From Candidatus Eiseniibacteriota bacterium (GTDB lineage: Bacteria; Eisenbacteria; RBG-16-71-46; CAVPCR01), in assembly GCA_963823555.1 (NCBI GenBank), contig CAWGMA010000004.1, positions 192,001-256,000 on the forward strand: DNA of 64,000 nt, in the 5' to 3' direction. Position 1 is the first letter of the stretch; the number at the start of each line of letters is the position of its first letter. Both the position numbers and the translations under genes were made by a program. Below the pieces are notes generated by a model. It was not told the origin of the DNA, did no database searches, and saw only the letters and a program-made list of their open reading frames with translations. Below, piece by piece: positions 63,064-64,000 of this stretch.

Positions 63064-63423
63064 ATGGAGAAGGTCGACCTCGCGGCCAAGCTGAGCCTCA
63101 TCGCCGAGTACTGGAGCCCGCGCATCGTCGGCGAGCTCAACGGGCAGGAGGTGAAGATCGCCAAGCTCAAGGGCGAGTTCGTCTGGCACCATCACGAGCA
63201 CGAGGACGAGCTGTTCCTGGTGCTCGCCGGTCGTCTCACCTTGAGGTTCCGCGATCGCCAGGTCGCGCTCTCGCCCGGCGAGTTCCTGATCGTTCCCCGC
63301 GGGGTCGAGCATCAACCGGTGGCGGATGAGGAGGCTCACGTTCTCCTCTTCGAACCTTCCGGTACGCTCAACACCGGCAATGTGCAGAATGAAAGAACCG
63401 TCGGGCGGCCCGAACGCCTGTGA
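63064..63423 (+). CDS. Cupin domain protein
   Basis: WSPRIVGELN, GEFVWHHH..EDELF, VPRGVEH. Confidence 0.92.
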   Translation: MEKVDLAAKLSLIAEYWSPRIVGELNGQEVKIAKLKGEFVWHHHEHEDELFLVLAGRLTLRFRDRQVALSPGEFLIVPRGVEHQPVADEEAHVLLFEPSGTLNTGNVQNERTVGRPERL

Positions 63424-63443
63424 TCGGCCCCCGGCCGCCGGGC

Positions 63444-64000
63444 CTAGACGTGTGCGATGTAGTAGTTGTTCTGGATGTCGTGCGGCAGGGTGTGCACCAT
63501 GACCTCTCCGAACCCGGCTTCGCGCAGCATGGCGAGCGCGGTTTCCTGGCCCCACATGGCGCCGAGGCCGGCGCCATCCTGGGCCAGGGACACCGACATG
63601 CAATGCAGGCAGGACACGGTGTAGAGGAGCGCGCCGAGCGGGTGCTCCAGATTCTCGTGCACGTGGCTCGATCCGGCGATGTCCTGCATCAGGAACGTGC
63701 CGCCGGGACGCAACGCCTTCCGGATCGCAGCCAGGACTCGTGCGGGAGCCTTCTGGTCGTGGATGGCGTCGAATGCGGTGACGAGATCGTAGCAGGAGCG
63801 CTCGGTGAAGGTCGTCATGTCCCGCTGCTCGAAGCGGAGATTGGTGATGCCGTGTCGGGCCGCCTCGGCCCGCCCCGCAGCCAGCGCCTCGGCCGAGAGG
63901 TCGATCCCGAAGAAACGACTGCGGGGGAAGGTGCGGGCCATGAGGTTCAAGGCCCGCCCCCGCCCGCAGCCGACATCGAGGACATCGATGCCCCGGCCGA
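63444..64000 (-). CDS. Class I SAM methyltransferase, 5' end outside window
   Basis: [30 protein letters not shown]. Confidence 0.9.
   Translation of the reverse strand, partial: GRGIDVLDVGCGRGRALNLMARTFPRSRFFGIDLSAEALAAGRAEAARHGITNLRFEQRDMTTFTERSCYDLVTAFDAIHDQKAPARVLAAIRKALRPGGTFLMQDIAGSSHVHENLEHPLGALLYTVSCLHCMSVSLAQDGAGLGAMWGQETALAMLREAGFGEVMVHTLPHDIQNNYYIAHV

Overview
High-GC (roughly 70% by eye) bacterial chromosome segment. Two secreted proteins end in FlgD-Ig/T9SS-like C-terminal domains, which suggests an FCB-related candidate lineage such as Eisenbacteria or Latescibacteria (inference). In order, the window holds: lipoproteins, including a recently duplicated polysaccharide-lyase-like domain; an isc Fe-S operon (iscS-iscU-iscA-hscB-hscA-iscX) headed by a 4-Cys MerR regulator instead of IscR, with a structured non-coding element where fdx usually sits; a split transketolase pair that has lost its catalytic and ThDP-binding residues; an orphan HcrB-like FAD subunit; an operon of small peptide, ATP-grasp ligase, methyltransferase and PLP decarboxylase; S9 and S8 peptidases; an aldehyde dehydrogenase; a serine hydrolase; tandem SGNH-Fn3-DNRLRE paralogs; aceE; TrmH; an amidase; two outer-membrane barrels; an AmmeMemoRadiSam system whose AmrS has a twin-Arg leader and a CxxCH insert; several small accessory genes; baeRF3; a TPR lipoprotein; an ECF sigma/FecR pair; a radical SAM protein; and hutH frameshifted at the MIO motif. 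Several single-base indels (STAS stop, hcrB, amrB start, hutH) look like assembly errors. No rRNA, tRNA, CRISPR array or complete mobile element was recognised. All calls come from motif recognition, not database searches.
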